In this document: in pieces, positions 1 through 9,376 of the stretch
How the letters are laid out: the number at the start of each line of letters is the position of its first letter
Position numbering within the stretch: position 1 is the first letter of the stretch
Assembly: GCA_017616975.1 (NCBI GenBank)
Contig: JAFZXC010000037.1
Coordinates: 1-34,594 of the forward strand
Direction: 5' to 3'
Length of the DNA stretch: 34,594 bases
Origin: Alphaproteobacteria bacterium
GTDB lineage: Bacteria > Pseudomonadota > Alphaproteobacteria > Rs-D84
Program-made: the position numbers and the translations under genes
The notes under the pieces: generated by a model
Databases searched by the model: none
Told to the model about the DNA's origin: nothing
Seen by the model: the letters and a program-made list of their open reading frames with translations, nothing else

Positions 1-344
1 AATCCACGTTTTTTGATTTCTGCCCAGTGTGCTTCGCTGGTATTACGATTACCAGCATAGGCTGTATTACATTCAACAATTGTGCCGTCAACCTTTGTAA
101 CCAATTCTTTTATCAATTCTGGACGTAGATAATTTGTTTTTGATGATTCACCAGTACTCATTTTTATGCCGACTTTGCCTTTTGGAGTCCAATTCAATGC
201 ATTGTATGCTTTGACTAAACCTTCTGGTGAAATGTCTTTTGTGAAATATACCACTGGTACATCATTACCTGATACAGCATATCCAACTCCAACGGTTGCG
301 GCAACCGCAGCTGCAGCCGTAGCAGCAATTATTTTCTTGTTCAT
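1..344 (-). CDS. DUF362-family putative Fe-S protein, N-terminal part (runs off window start)
   Basis: Own translation from ATG at 344 with AAAGGAG RBS: MNKKIIAATAAAAVAATVGVGYAVSGNDVPVVYFTKDISPEGLVKAYNAL...GKVGIKMSTGE...NYLRPELIK...GTIVECNTAYAGNR. The VYFTxxISPE, KxSTGE and ECNTAY motifs are typical of DUF362; signal-like N-terminus. Confidence 0.75.
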   Translation of the reverse strand, partial: MNKKIIAATAAAAVAATVGVGYAVSGNDVPVVYFTKDISPEGLVKAYNALNWTPKGKVGIKMSTGESSKTNYLRPELIKELVTKVDGTIVECNTAYAGNRNTSEAHWAEIKKRG

Positions 345-549
345 TTTTGGCTCCTTTCAATCGTATAGTAGCCGGTACACCTGTTTTCCACAAGTAAATA
401 ATTTTGTGATTTATTGCTTCAAATCGTTCAAAAACTCTTCTAGCAAATCTAAATTTTCCTGGATTTCCGCATCATACAGAAGCAAGGCAGTTCTCAAACC
501 GTAATAACAAGGCTGCCAAAAATACAACCCGACCTTGCTCTTGTATTTA

Positions 550-1095
550 TTACAAGTGCTTCACATAAATCAAAGAATCACATTTACCAACACATTTCGC
601 ATAACTGGTCATTGGCAATCGTTTAACTAACTTATAGCCATTTCGTTTGGCAAGATTTTCCGAAGGGGCATTTCCATTATCTATATCCAATGTGATTGTA
701 TCAAAGCCGAATTTGAACAATTCGGTTTCCAGTGCGCCCAGGGCTTCGCTCATATACCCATGCCCGTTTGCCGACTTAATTAACCAATAACCAATTTCAC
801 AACTGTTATCGTGCACATTAAAGAAACGGATTCGCCCAATTAAATTGTTGTCTTGATAAATGCCGAACAAGACGCATTCATTATTCGTTATTTGTTCGTA
901 TCTGTGTTCAAGTTTTTTCTTAACATCTTCCACTGTACGCAGCGCACCAAAATGTCCCTGCCATGCTTCCAGATAATCACGATTTTTATCAATTATATCG
1001 ATACCGATTTTAGCATTTTCTGTCGTTGGCAAAATAACATTCAACACCAATCTTGGTGTTTTTATTGTTTGTGGAAATTCTGTTAATTTCTTCAT
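550..1095 (-). CDS. GNAT acetyltransferase, RimJ/RimL family
   Basis: IKTPRLVL N-terminus, CEIGYWL..ANGHGYMSEA acetyl-CoA motif, N.PS.NLAKRNGY. Confidence 0.85.
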   Translation of the reverse strand: MKKLTEFPQTIKTPRLVLNVILPTTENAKIGIDIIDKNRDYLEAWQGHFGALRTVEDVKKKLEHRYEQITNNECVLFGIYQDNNLIGRIRFFNVHDNSCEIGYWLIKSANGHGYMSEALGALETELFKFGFDTITLDIDNGNAPSENLAKRNGYKLVKRLPMTSYAKCVGKCDSLIYVKHL

Positions 1096-1238
1096 TGGCG
1101 TATTCCCATTATTGATTTCATTATATCACATAATTTGCAGAAACACCCCTATTTCTTTCCCGAACATGAATGATGTCTTTCTGTTGACTTTTTGTGGCGA
1201 TATGGTACATTTAAACTTCTCTAAAGGAAAAATAAATA

Positions 1239-1565
1239 ATGACAGAACTAGTTCCACCGGAACAACCTTATAACTTTGGCGACAATAATGGTTGCCTTGT
1301 TCAATTACTTCATCTTTTTGGCGATATTGCGATTATTGCTGCAATGGGCTTGTTTGTGCCATCTGGACAGCTAAGATCATCACAAAAACCAAAACAAAAA
1401 ACTGAATCTGTTAAACAAGATTCTATTGCTGCACCATGCGACACGGCACTTGTTATGACCCCAAATCGCCGGGTTTTTGATAACCACACAAAGCAAATTA
1501 TCATTGATACCCAAAACAATAATCTTGCGCACGTTTATGCCGACAATCTTGTAAAATCCAGATAA
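1239..1565 (+). CDS. Hypothetical protein with one hydrophobic segment
   Basis: 108-aa ORF with AAAGGA RBS and TTGACT-N16-TACATT upstream; no recognisable family. Confidence 0.6.
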   Translation: MTELVPPEQPYNFGDNNGCLVQLLHLFGDIAIIAAMGLFVPSGQLRSSQKPKQKTESVKQDSIAAPCDTALVMTPNRRVFDNHTKQIIIDTQNNNLAHVYADNLVKSR

Positions 1566-1636
1566 ACAGAACCATATTAGCCCCCCTCCGGCCTAATCCG
1601 GCGTCGTAATACCGAATGGAAATTGTTCTGTGCCAT

Positions 1637-1666
1637 TTGACATTGTTGAACATTGCGGTTTATAAT
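1637..1666 (+). promoter_or_regulatory. sigma70-type promoter for small lipoprotein/tRNA-Leu
   Basis: TTGACA (1637-1642), 18-nt spacer, TATAAT (1661-1666). Confidence 0.75.
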
Positions 1667-1672
1667 GGACAT

Positions 1673-1792
1673 ATGAAGAAAATAATTCTTGGTTTTTTAG
1701 TGATTTTGTCCCTGGCTGTTGCGGGGTGTGGTGTGAAATCGGGCTTGGAACGTCCAGATGAATCTTTCCCCCGTACATATCCTGTAAATTAA
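1673..1792 (+). CDS. Small lipoprotein, LptM/YifL-like (not in ORF track)
   Basis: MKKIILGFLVILSLAVAGCGVKSGLERPDESFPRTYPVN (39 aa): lipobox VAG-C followed by CGxKxxLxxP, resembling the LptM/YifL motif. Confidence 0.7.
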   Translation: MKKIILGFLVILSLAVAGCGVKSGLERPDESFPRTYPVN

Positions 1793-1800
1793 ATCATCTT

Positions 1801-1885
1801 GCGGGTATGGCGAAACTGGTAGACGCGCTGGATTTAGGTTCCAGTGGGGAAACCCATAAGAGTTCAAGTCTCTTTACCCGCACCA
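1801..1885 (+). tRNA. tRNA-Leu (TAG)
   Basis: GCGGGTA/TACCCGC acceptor stem, CTGGA-TTTAGGT-TCCAG anticodon arm, long variable arm, GTTCAAG T-loop, encoded CCA. Confidence 0.97.
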
Positions 1886-1951
1886 AAAATCACTTGATTT
1901 TCGGGAATTTATAACTTAACATTCAACGCAGTATTAAAAGAGGTAAACAAA

Positions 1952-2131
1952 ATGGCATCTAAAAAAGGCAGCAAAGAAGTTATCAAGCTGGAAAACAAAG
2001 AAACTGGCTACTTCTATACAACAACAAAAAATACCAAGTCGGAAAATACCGCCGGCAAAATGAAAATGCGCAAATATGACCCAAAGGTTCGTAAACACGT
2101 CGTATTTACCGAAGGGAAAATGTCACACTAA
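1952..2131 (+). CDS. rpmG: 50S ribosomal protein L33, Cys-free form (not in ORF track)
   Basis: [27 protein letters not shown]...[22 protein letters not shown]; GAGG RBS. Confidence 0.93.
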   Translation: MASKKGSKEVIKLENKETGYFYTTTKNTKSENTAGKMKMRKYDPKVRKHVVFTEGKMSH

Positions 2132-2153
2132 TAGTGGTTTGTTGTTAGTGATT

Positions 2154-2182
2154 AAAAACGGGCGCAAAATGCGCCCGTTTTA
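2154..2182. terminator. Bidirectional intrinsic terminator between rpmG and parC
   Basis: AAAACGGGCGCA-AAA-TGCGCCCGTTTT hairpin between convergent genes. Confidence 0.85.
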
Positions 2183-2212
2183 TTGTCCGCTGATAACCAT
2201 GTGTTAAACGAC

Positions 2213-4450
2213 TTATTTTCCAAACTTTCCGCTGCGTGGAAATCCAACTGGTATGGTGCGTCCCTGGGATGCACGTTTACCGACCCATGGTTGCCAATCG
2301 TCCATTTTGGTGGTGCCACGACCCGTTGTCCAACCAAAACCATCCGCCGCATTAAAGAACATCGCATCTAATACATATGTCCGTTCGGCATTGTACTTTT
2401 GCAAGATAACCCCCTTGCCCCGTGTCATTTCTGGAATTTCGTCTGTTGCAAATATCAGCAATTTGTCATTTGAACCCGACAATGCGACCATATCGCCATC
2501 AACCCGCACGCACAATATCGCCGGATTTTTATCATCCGTATTCATAACCTGTTTTCCGTTGCGAGTCTGGGCAAGGCAATTTTCCCCAGAAACAATGAAA
2601 CCGGTTCCGTGACGTCCAATCAACAAATACTTAGCGGTGGCATCCAACACAAATGCACGAACAATGTTTTCTTCGGCACCAATATCCACCATCATACGCA
2701 CAGATTCACCAAAACCACGTGCCGACGGCAATTCATTTGCAGACAACGTAAACATTTTACCCGAAGCACCGAATATATTAATCTTGTCGGTGGACATTGC
2801 ATGAAACGCCGATAATAATTCGTCGCCTTCTTTGAATTTCACATCCAAGTTGTCCAAATCCAAATGTCCCTTGGCCGCACGAATCCAACCCATTGCAGAC
2901 ATAATTATTGTCAATGGTTCTTTTTCGATAAATTCGTCCGCATTTACGACGATTTCTTCGGTCTGTTCTGCCCATGTTGTGCGACGACGTCCCAGCGCAG
3001 TCTTTTTATCGTAACGTTTTTTAATATCGCTGAACCATGCCTTTAACTGTTCGTTTTGCATTTCTGCGGACTTTAACAAATCTTGCAGTTGCTTTTGTTC
3101 CGCCAACAATTCTTTGTTTTCGCGTTTGATTTCCATTTCTTCCAATTTACGCAAAGAACGCAAACGAGTATTCAAAATCGCTTCGACTTGTAATTCAGTC
3201 AATTTGAATTCGTCCATCAATACAGCCTTGGCGTCATCTTCGGTGCGAATGATTTCAATAACACGATCCAAATTCAAATATACAATCAGTAATCCACCCA
3301 ATATCTCTAAACGACGAGTGATATTCGAAAGCCGCCAATTCGTACGACGAACTAAAACATTTTTTTGATGCGCAATAAATTCACGCAACACATCACCAAT
3401 CCCCATAACACGTGGTGCACCGTTCGAATCAATCACATTAAAGTTCATATTGAAACGATATTCCAAATCGGTCGTCGCAAACAAATGCGCCATCAATTTT
3501 TCCGCCGGCACATTACGTGTTTTTGGTGTAATCACAATGCGAACATCAGTTGTCGATTCATCAACAATATCATCAACCAATGGCAACTTTTTTGCATCAA
3601 TCAAGCCTGCAATTTGTTCGACCAATTTAGACTTAATCAAACCATATGGGATTTCCGTAATCGCAATTTGATATCCGCCACGATCTAAATCTTCGACCGC
3701 CCAGCGTGCACGAATACGAAAAGCACCACGTCCGGAATCATAGTTTTTACAAATTGTATCAAAGTTATCGATTAATATGCCCCCAGTTGGAAAATCGGGC
3801 CCAATCAATTTTTTCATAATCTGGGCTGTTGTTGCGTCTGGTTTATCCACAACCAAGTTTAATGCATCACAAACCTCGGCCACGTTATGTGTTGGAATGT
3901 TTGTTGCCATACCTACCGCAATACCCATACCACCATTTGCCAAAAGATTTGGAAACGCACCCGGCATAACTGTTGGTTCAACCGTCGTGCCATCAAAATT
4001 TGGCATCATATCGACACTGTCTTCATCGATACCTTCCATAATCAACATGGCGGCATCAGTCATTTTCGATTCGGTATAACGGTATGCAGCCTGGGGATCG
4101 CCATCGATATTACCAAAGTTTCCCTGGCCATCAATTAATGGATACCGAACCGAAAAGTCCTGGGCCAATCGAACCATTGCATCATAAACGGATGAATCAC
4201 CATGCGGGTGATAGTGCCCCAAAACATCACCAACAACCGTTGCACATTTACGAAACGCCGCCGAAGGTGACAATTTTTGCCGCAACATAGAAAATAAAAT
4301 GCGGCGATGCACCGGCTTCAACCCATCACGAACATCGGGCAAAGCGCGCGAAACAATAGTCGATACTGCGTATGATAAATAACGTTGGGATATCGCATCC
4401 GACAATTGCTGAGAATCTATTCTTTCAACAAAATTTGTATTTTTCGACAT
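2213..4450 (-). CDS. parC: DNA topoisomerase IV subunit A
   Basis: [41 protein letters not shown] active site; ~745 aa with no GyrA box seen. Start is ATG 4450 or TTG 4456. Confidence 0.92.
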   Translation of the reverse strand: MSKNTNFVERIDSQQLSDAISQRYLSYAVSTIVSRALPDVRDGLKPVHRRILFSMLRQKLSPSAAFRKCATVVGDVLGHYHPHGDSSVYDAMVRLAQDFSVRYPLIDGQGNFGNIDGDPQAAYRYTESKMTDAAMLIMEGIDEDSVDMMPNFDGTTVEPTVMPGAFPNLLANGGMGIAVGMATNIPTHNVAEVCDALNLVVDKPDATTAQIMKKLIGPDFPTGGILIDNFDTICKNYDSGRGAFRIRARWAVEDLDRGGYQIAITEIPYGLIKSKLVEQIAGLIDAKKLPLVDDIVDESTTDVRIVITPKTRNVPAEKLMAHLFATTDLEYRFNMNFNVIDSNGAPRVMGIGDVLREFIAHQKNVLVRRTNWRLSNITRRLEILGGLLIVYLNLDRVIEIIRTEDDAKAVLMDEFKLTELQVEAILNTRLRSLRKLEEMEIKRENKELLAEQKQLQDLLKSAEMQNEQLKAWFSDIKKRYDKKTALGRRRTTWAEQTEEIVVNADEFIEKEPLTIIMSAMGWIRAAKGHLDLDNLDVKFKEGDELLSAFHAMSTDKINIFGASGKMFTLSANELPSARGFGESVRMMVDIGAEENIVRAFVLDATAKYLLIGRHGTGFIVSGENCLAQTRNGKQVMNTDDKNPAILCVRVDGDMVALSGSNDKLLIFATDEIPEMTRGKGVILQKYNAERTYVLDAMFFNAADGFGWTTGRGTTKMDDWQPWVGKRASQGRTIPVGFPRSGKFGK

Positions 4451-4452
4451 GT

Positions 4453-4728
4453 TCAACCAATCTTATGCTTTATTTCACGAATTCGAGCCAAAATTTCACG
4501 CAGGTCAGCATCCGTCACCGACGGGGTTGGGCGATTTCGCACCTCATCCGCAAGGACAATGCACAAAGTCGCAAGCAGCAAATTTTCCGGCATCAGCCCC
4601 ATTTTATCCAAAATTTCCCGTGCACGAGCATCAACCATTTGTCCCAATTGAATCAGGCGACCTTCTTGGCCGTCTTCACATCGCATGGTATAATTTTTAT
4701 TTACAATCGGTATTGATACTATACTCAT
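4453..4728 (-). CDS. zapA: Cell division protein ZapA
   Basis: [26 protein letters not shown] and [13 protein letters not shown], matching the alphaproteobacterial ZapA pattern. Confidence 0.85.
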   Translation of the reverse strand: MSIVSIPIVNKNYTMRCEDGQEGRLIQLGQMVDARAREILDKMGLMPENLLLATLCIVLADEVRNRPTPSVTDADLREILARIREIKHKIG

Positions 4729-4934
4729 TTTAACTTCTTTAGTATAATCAATGATTTATCAATCATGTCGGTTGCACGTTTATTGCGATCACGCAGATTT
4801 TTCACCTGTTCCGTCAGGATTGCAACCTCTAAATCAGTCTGGCGTTCGGCCACAGTTGCCGCACCACGCAGACGTGACGTTGCATCCGCTAACGCATCCA
4901 GTTCACGAAAAATTTGTTCTTTGATATCTGACAT
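4725..4934 (-). CDS. Small coiled-coil protein, ZauP/DUF4164-like (ZapB analogue)
   Basis: 69-aa helical protein overlapping the zapA start by 4 nt, the position zauP holds in alphaproteobacteria. Confidence 0.6.
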   Translation of the reverse strand: MSDIKEQIFRELDALADATSRLRGAATVAERQTDLEVAILTEQVKNLRDRNKRATDMIDKSLIILKKLK

Positions 4935-4940
4935 ATGCCC

Positions 4941-4969
4941 ATCATAAGATATTTTTTATATGCGTTCAA
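4941..4969 (-). promoter_or_regulatory. sigma70-type promoter for zauP-zapA-parC
   Basis: Minus strand TTGAAC-N17-TATGAT, ending 6 nt before the ATG at 4934. Confidence 0.65.
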
Positions 4970-5016
4970 CCCCAAAATGTGATATAATGCGGCCGTATAG
5001 CCCTGGGGATTTTTTA

Positions 5017-5907
5017 ATGAAAACTAAAATTATTTATATTTCTGGCAACGAATTATTTGATATGGCGGATATACGCAGTGCTTTTGAAGAAGTTCGCACT
5101 GCCTTGTCACTTGGTAATGATACGGTTTTGTTTGGCGTTCCGGTCGATAATGATGATGCATTAGAAACAGTCCAACAAACACCTGATGTCGTCGCACCAG
5201 AAATCGTTGAACAAGAAAAGCCTGTCCGTCAACAACGTGCACGCAAATCGCCCAAGGTTGTTCCGATTCATCCAGAAATTGAACCAGATATACAAAATGA
5301 ATCTGCACAAATTGAACCTGTGATAGAGCCTGTTGTTGAACCACAACCAGAAGAAACCGTTATACCGATATTATCTGTATTGGAAACCAAAACAAATGAA
5401 TCAGTTGAACCGGAACCTGTGATTGAACAAGATATTGTTGAAATAGCTGATGATGAACCCCAAGAAAAAATTGACGACACCATCACAGATGCCGAACCAG
5501 TCACAATATCCGACATAATCACAGAAGATATTCCCGAAGCAACACATGAAAAAACGTTAGAAGAATTATTGGAAAGTATGACTCCACTGGGCGAAGATGC
5601 AGACCAAGTTGTCGAACAAACACAAACAATCGATGTTGCCGAATCAGTGGACACGGATGACCAAAAACCCACAGAAGACGACACCGATATCACACTTGAA
5701 AAATTGGCAACCGAATTTGTTGAAAACCAAGACCGAATTGAAACACCCGCAAAACCTACGGGACGTGGTAAAATTGGAAAATTAAAAAATATCTTGCCAT
5801 TTAAAAAAGCAAAACATGATGATTCTGGATTAATGGGTGACTTGTTCGGTTGGGCTGGTGTTGCCGCAAACGACGAAGATTTCACTATCCCAGGATTCTT
5901 TAAATAG
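5017..5907 (+). CDS. Acidic, largely disordered hypothetical protein with FtsZ-tail-like C-terminus
   Basis: ATG 5017 after GGGGA; E/D/P/V/T-rich core; ends ANDEDFTIPGFFK. Confidence 0.8.
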   Translation: MKTKIIYISGNELFDMADIRSAFEEVRTALSLGNDTVLFGVPVDNDDALETVQQTPDVVAPEIVEQEKPVRQQRARKSPKVVPIHPEIEPDIQNESAQIEPVIEPVVEPQPEETVIPILSVLETKTNESVEPEPVIEQDIVEIADDEPQEKIDDTITDAEPVTISDIITEDIPEATHEKTLEELLESMTPLGEDADQVVEQTQTIDVAESVDTDDQKPTEDDTDITLEKLATEFVENQDRIETPAKPTGRGKIGKLKNILPFKKAKHDDSGLMGDLFGWAGVAANDEDFTIPGFFK

Positions 5908-5920
5908 GCATAAATTATAA

Positions 5921-6373
5921 ATGAACACAGAAACAATTGTGCGATTATTACAAAATTCTGGCATCAATGTATTAGGTGCTGATTCATCATCTGTGTATAT
6001 CGAAGATCCATCATGTATATTACGTTCGTTTGAAACATTCATTGAATATGCATGGATTATTATAACCGCTGTGACGGGGGTATTATTATTTGGTTGGGCG
6101 GTGTCAATGATTCGTGGGGCACAAAACGATTTAATTACGAATCTGCGCAATTTATTGATTATGTTTGCGACATTATCGTGTGTTATACCGATTGTGAATA
6201 TGATTTGGGGTGACAATTTGTTTGCAATTGGATGTGAAACAATAACCGTTTCATTAGGCGATTTAAACACATTATTAGATGCCAGAAATGCAAAATTAAA
6301 AAACGCCAGTGGCGATTTATACGAAGACTTGGACATATATGATTCTGGGGTAAAAGTTTCCGTCACAGAATAG
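5921..6373 (+). CDS. Hypothetical membrane protein, two TM helices
   Basis: Hydrophobic stretches YAWIIITAVTGVLLFGWAVSMI and LLIMFATLSCVIPIVNMIWG; starts 13 nt after the preceding gene. Confidence 0.75.
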   Translation: MNTETIVRLLQNSGINVLGADSSSVYIEDPSCILRSFETFIEYAWIIITAVTGVLLFGWAVSMIRGAQNDLITNLRNLLIMFATLSCVIPIVNMIWGDNLFAIGCETITVSLGDLNTLLDARNAKLKNASGDLYEDLDIYDSGVKVSVTE

Positions 6374-6375
6374 TT

Positions 6376-7065
6376 TTATATTAAATGCAATCCACGCATT
6401 GAAAATACAGAATCGCCCACAACTAACACATGGTCATATAATCGTATTTCTAATCCAGCCAACACAGAACTAACAATTTTTGTAGAATCAACATCAGCCT
6501 GGGAAAAAGAATTCAATGATGTTGGATGATTGTGCACCATAACAATTGAACGTGCATTTACTTCCAATGCCCGCTTTGCAATTTCACGTGGATATATTGC
6601 ACTGGAATCGACCGTACCTGTTGTATGAACATCATCAGTAATCAAACGCAAATCATTATCCAGATATAAAATATGCAATTCTTCGACCGGTTTATCGCAC
6701 AACATCACACGGCAATAGTCATGCAACACAGATTCTTTGTGAAATATCGGGGTTTCTTTTAATTGCCCTTTGTAGCTTATTTCCATCATTTGTTGGACAA
6801 CTTTAAGAAAAATTGCCGTATTACGCCCAACACCATTTACCGCAACTAAATCGTCCACAGACGCCGACAACACTTGGTATACACCACCAAACTGTTTAAC
6901 CAGACTTCGTGCCAACGGACGCACATCACGACGTGGTATTGCATACCCCAGCAATAATTCTAATTTTTCATAATCTGCCAAATGGTTGCTTAAAAATTTT
7001 TCACGCAGCCGATCACGATGTCCACAATAAAAGTTCTTATCTTCGTCCGGCAATTTTACACCCAT
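6376..7065 (-). CDS. radC: RadC family JAB/MPN-domain protein
   Basis: GHRDRLREKF, DYEKLELLL.YAIPRRDV, HhH region, intact HNHP-x6-S-x2-D JAMM motif. Start taken at ATG 7065, just after map. Confidence 0.92.
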   Translation of the reverse strand: MGVKLPDEDKNFYCGHRDRLREKFLSNHLADYEKLELLLGYAIPRRDVRPLARSLVKQFGGVYQVLSASVDDLVAVNGVGRNTAIFLKVVQQMMEISYKGQLKETPIFHKESVLHDYCRVMLCDKPVEELHILYLDNDLRLITDDVHTTGTVDSSAIYPREIAKRALEVNARSIVMVHNHPTSLNSFSQADVDSTKIVSSVLAGLEIRLYDHVLVVGDSVFSMRGLHLI

Positions 7066-7070
7066 GTGTT

Positions 7071-7832
7071 TTAAATCATACGTTCTGTGAATATAGTGAC
7101 GCCATCTTCGGTGATACCCAACGTGTGTTCCCATTGAGCAGACAGCCCACCATCGATTGTTCGTGCGGTCCATCCATCTGGATCAATTTTACATTCTGGG
7201 CGTCCCGTATTTATCATCGGTTCAATCGTGAATACCAGCCCAGGCACCATTTTCACATTGTCCCACATTTTATCATAAAAGTGATATATTTGTGGATCGT
7301 CATGCATAACTTTGCCAATACCATGTCCTACAAAATCACGTGATATTGAAAATCCATGTGGTTTAACGACGGCTTCTATTGTTTTACCGATTTCAGACAA
7401 TGGAACCCCGGGCGCACAAATCGCAATTGCTGCATTTAATGCATCTTGACATGTTTGTACCAATTCACGTGCACGTGGCGAAACATTACCGATCATATAC
7501 ATACGTGATGCATCACCATGCCAACCTTTGTATTCCGCAGTCAAATCGACATTAACAATATCACCATCTTTTAAAATAACATCATCACTGGGGATACCAT
7601 GCACAATAACATCGTTCACAGATGTGCAAATACTTTTTGGATAACCTTCGTATCCCAAATCCGAAGAACGAGCACCATTTTCTTGTAAAAAGCCTGCAAC
7701 CAATCTGTCTATTTCACCAGTTGATATGCCCGCCTTGATATACGGTGAAATAAATTCGAAACACCGTGCGACCAAATCACCCGAAGCACGCAAACGTTTA
7801 AAATCTTTTGGGGCATATACAGATGCAAGCAT
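7071..7832 (-). CDS. map: Methionine aminopeptidase type I
   Basis: SICTSVND...HGIP, DIVNVD, GWHGDASR, GHGIG...H, FTIEPMIN, SAQWEHT. Confidence 0.96.
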   Translation of the reverse strand: MLASVYAPKDFKRLRASGDLVARCFEFISPYIKAGISTGEIDRLVAGFLQENGARSSDLGYEGYPKSICTSVNDVIVHGIPSDDVILKDGDIVNVDLTAEYKGWHGDASRMYMIGNVSPRARELVQTCQDALNAAIAICAPGVPLSEIGKTIEAVVKPHGFSISRDFVGHGIGKVMHDDPQIYHFYDKMWDNVKMVPGLVFTIEPMINTGRPECKIDPDGWTARTIDGGLSAQWEHTLGITEDGVTIFTERMI

Positions 7833-7833
7833 T

Positions 7834-8823
7834 TTAATTCCTTTTTCTTATTGACATTTTTGCGGCACGCATTGCCAATTTAAGTGAAAAATCACGCAAC
7901 AAAATTTCCCCTGGCATCCCCGTTGTACGTAATTGTTTTTCTAATTCATTTAAACGCACCAACACCGCCGTAATATCGTCCGCAGTCCATATTTTCATTG
8001 CCGTCCGGAATTTATCTTCGACTTTCCAGAACAAACGTGGCAATTGTCCATCAACCACCGCCGCCAACAGCCGTTTAAAATGCATATCCAACATACGAAC
8101 CAGCATGTTAACTTCGGCCCCGGTGTATAACAATCTGTCCAGTGCGGTCACCGTCTGGGCGACATGTCCAGCCGTCAATGAAAACAAATAATCATCCGTA
8201 TCCGCAGCCCCCGTATCTGGCAAACATTTTTCAACATCGTCTAATTCGACAATTTGTTTATCACTGACGTAAATTGCGATTTTATTTAAAAAGCCACGCG
8301 TAATTCCACGATCGCCCCCCAGATGCGTTGTCATATATGCCATTGCATCAGGCGTTATCTGCTTTATACCAGATTCCGCAGACAATTCATTACGAATAAG
8401 TGTTTCTAATGTTCGTGCATCATCGTTATAACATGGTAATGCGGCAATATCATTTCCAGATTCAAACAACGTGCGCAAACCACCGCCCGCACGCAATTCG
8501 CCGCCACAAACAATAACCGTTGCCGACAATCCCGGATGCGAAATTAATTCGTTTATAATTTTTGCATCGCCATCACCCGCATTAGAAATAATAACCATCT
8601 TGCGACCACCGAACATTGATGGTGTGCAACTTTCCGCAAATAACGCTTCTTGCTTTTCAGCCAAATCATTAGAATCCAATGCGAACAAATTATCTTTTTC
8701 GATATCTAATTTTTCGATGGCTTTATCACAGTATTCATCAACCTGGCCGGCATCGGGACCATATATCAACCATGCCCGCACAGTTTCTATACCGCGTTTA
8801 AAATCAGCTTCTTTCCATTTCAT
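7834..8823 (-). CDS. holA: DNA polymerase III subunit delta
   Basis: LIYGPDAGQV, SMFGGRK, LPCYNDD motifs; directly downstream of lptE. Confidence 0.85.
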   Translation of the reverse strand: MKWKEADFKRGIETVRAWLIYGPDAGQVDEYCDKAIEKLDIEKDNLFALDSNDLAEKQEALFAESCTPSMFGGRKMVIISNAGDGDAKIINELISHPGLSATVIVCGGELRAGGGLRTLFESGNDIAALPCYNDDARTLETLIRNELSAESGIKQITPDAMAYMTTHLGGDRGITRGFLNKIAIYVSDKQIVELDDVEKCLPDTGAADTDDYLFSLTAGHVAQTVTALDRLLYTGAEVNMLVRMLDMHFKRLLAAVVDGQLPRLFWKVEDKFRTAMKIWTADDITAVLVRLNELEKQLRTTGMPGEILLRDFSLKLAMRAAKMSIRKRN

Positions 8824-9290
8824 TATTTATCGCCATGTGAATGCTTGTAAACTTCGGCAATTGCACGATTACCGATTTTTTCAGACAACACAATTATCGT
8901 ATTATTGACCGCATTATTATATGATGCGTTTGCTGCGACCAGATATTGCACAAACGAATATGATTCCGAAGATGATTCGGTTCCACTGGCGATGACGGTA
9001 TCACCCGCCTTAAGTGTATAAGATGCGTTTAACAAAACTTCCTGCCATGTGGCGACGCCCGTTTGATCCAGTGCCTTGTATTTTGTGATTGGTTCGGACA
9101 AAGATACTTCTAAAACATATGGTGCCGATGCGTCTTTTTGCCCACCAAATTTAGCGTTCAATGCATTGCGCAGTTCAATACCATTTGCCCCACTTTGAAT
9201 TGGGGAAACATATATATCGGTATTTCGTTCGGAATACATTGGCACAAAACCACATCCCGCAATTAGTAAAAACAACATTAATTTTTTCAC
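8823..9290 (-). CDS. lptE: LPS-assembly lipoprotein LptE
   Basis: Likely GTG start at 9290 (AAAGG RBS): MKKLMLFLLIAG-CGFVPMY lipobox with the CGFxPxY motif; lptE-holA synteny. Confidence 0.8.
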   Translation of the reverse strand: MKKLMLFLLIAGCGFVPMYSERNTDIYVSPIQSGANGIELRNALNAKFGGQKDASAPYVLEVSLSEPITKYKALDQTGVATWQEVLLNASYTLKAGDTVIASGTESSSESYSFVQYLVAANASYNNAVNNTIIVLSEKIGNRAIAEVYKHSHGDK

Positions 9291-9376
9291 AATTACACCT
9301 TTTTCGTTTTGCAAATTGTTTTCCTGTTGCATTTTATGTTTATATTACCTAGACTTTTAATAAATCGCAAGGGAGA

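Noticed and set aside
166-504. 112-aa plus-strand ORF with an Ala-rich hydrophobic stretch
   Set aside because: Antisense shadow of the DUF362 gene, which has the RBS and the family motifs.
1567-1631. GC-rich patch bracketed by ACAGAAC/GTTCTGT with an internal CCGG hairpin
   Set aside because: Pairing is short and irregular, no second copy was seen and no RNA family was recognised.
5268-6366. Long minus-strand ORFs (222 aa and 178 aa)
   Set aside because: Ser/Ile-rich antisense shadows of the plus-strand genes.
5921-6373. Possible VirB2/TrbC-type pilin
   Set aside because: A two-TM hairpin fits loosely, but there is no signal peptide, no recognisable motif and no neighbouring T4SS gene.
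6376-7065. RadC/JAB as a defence or mobile-element gene
   Set aside because: Full-length HhH+JAB form next to map, the ordinary chromosomal context; no E1/E2, CBASS or integrase neighbours.
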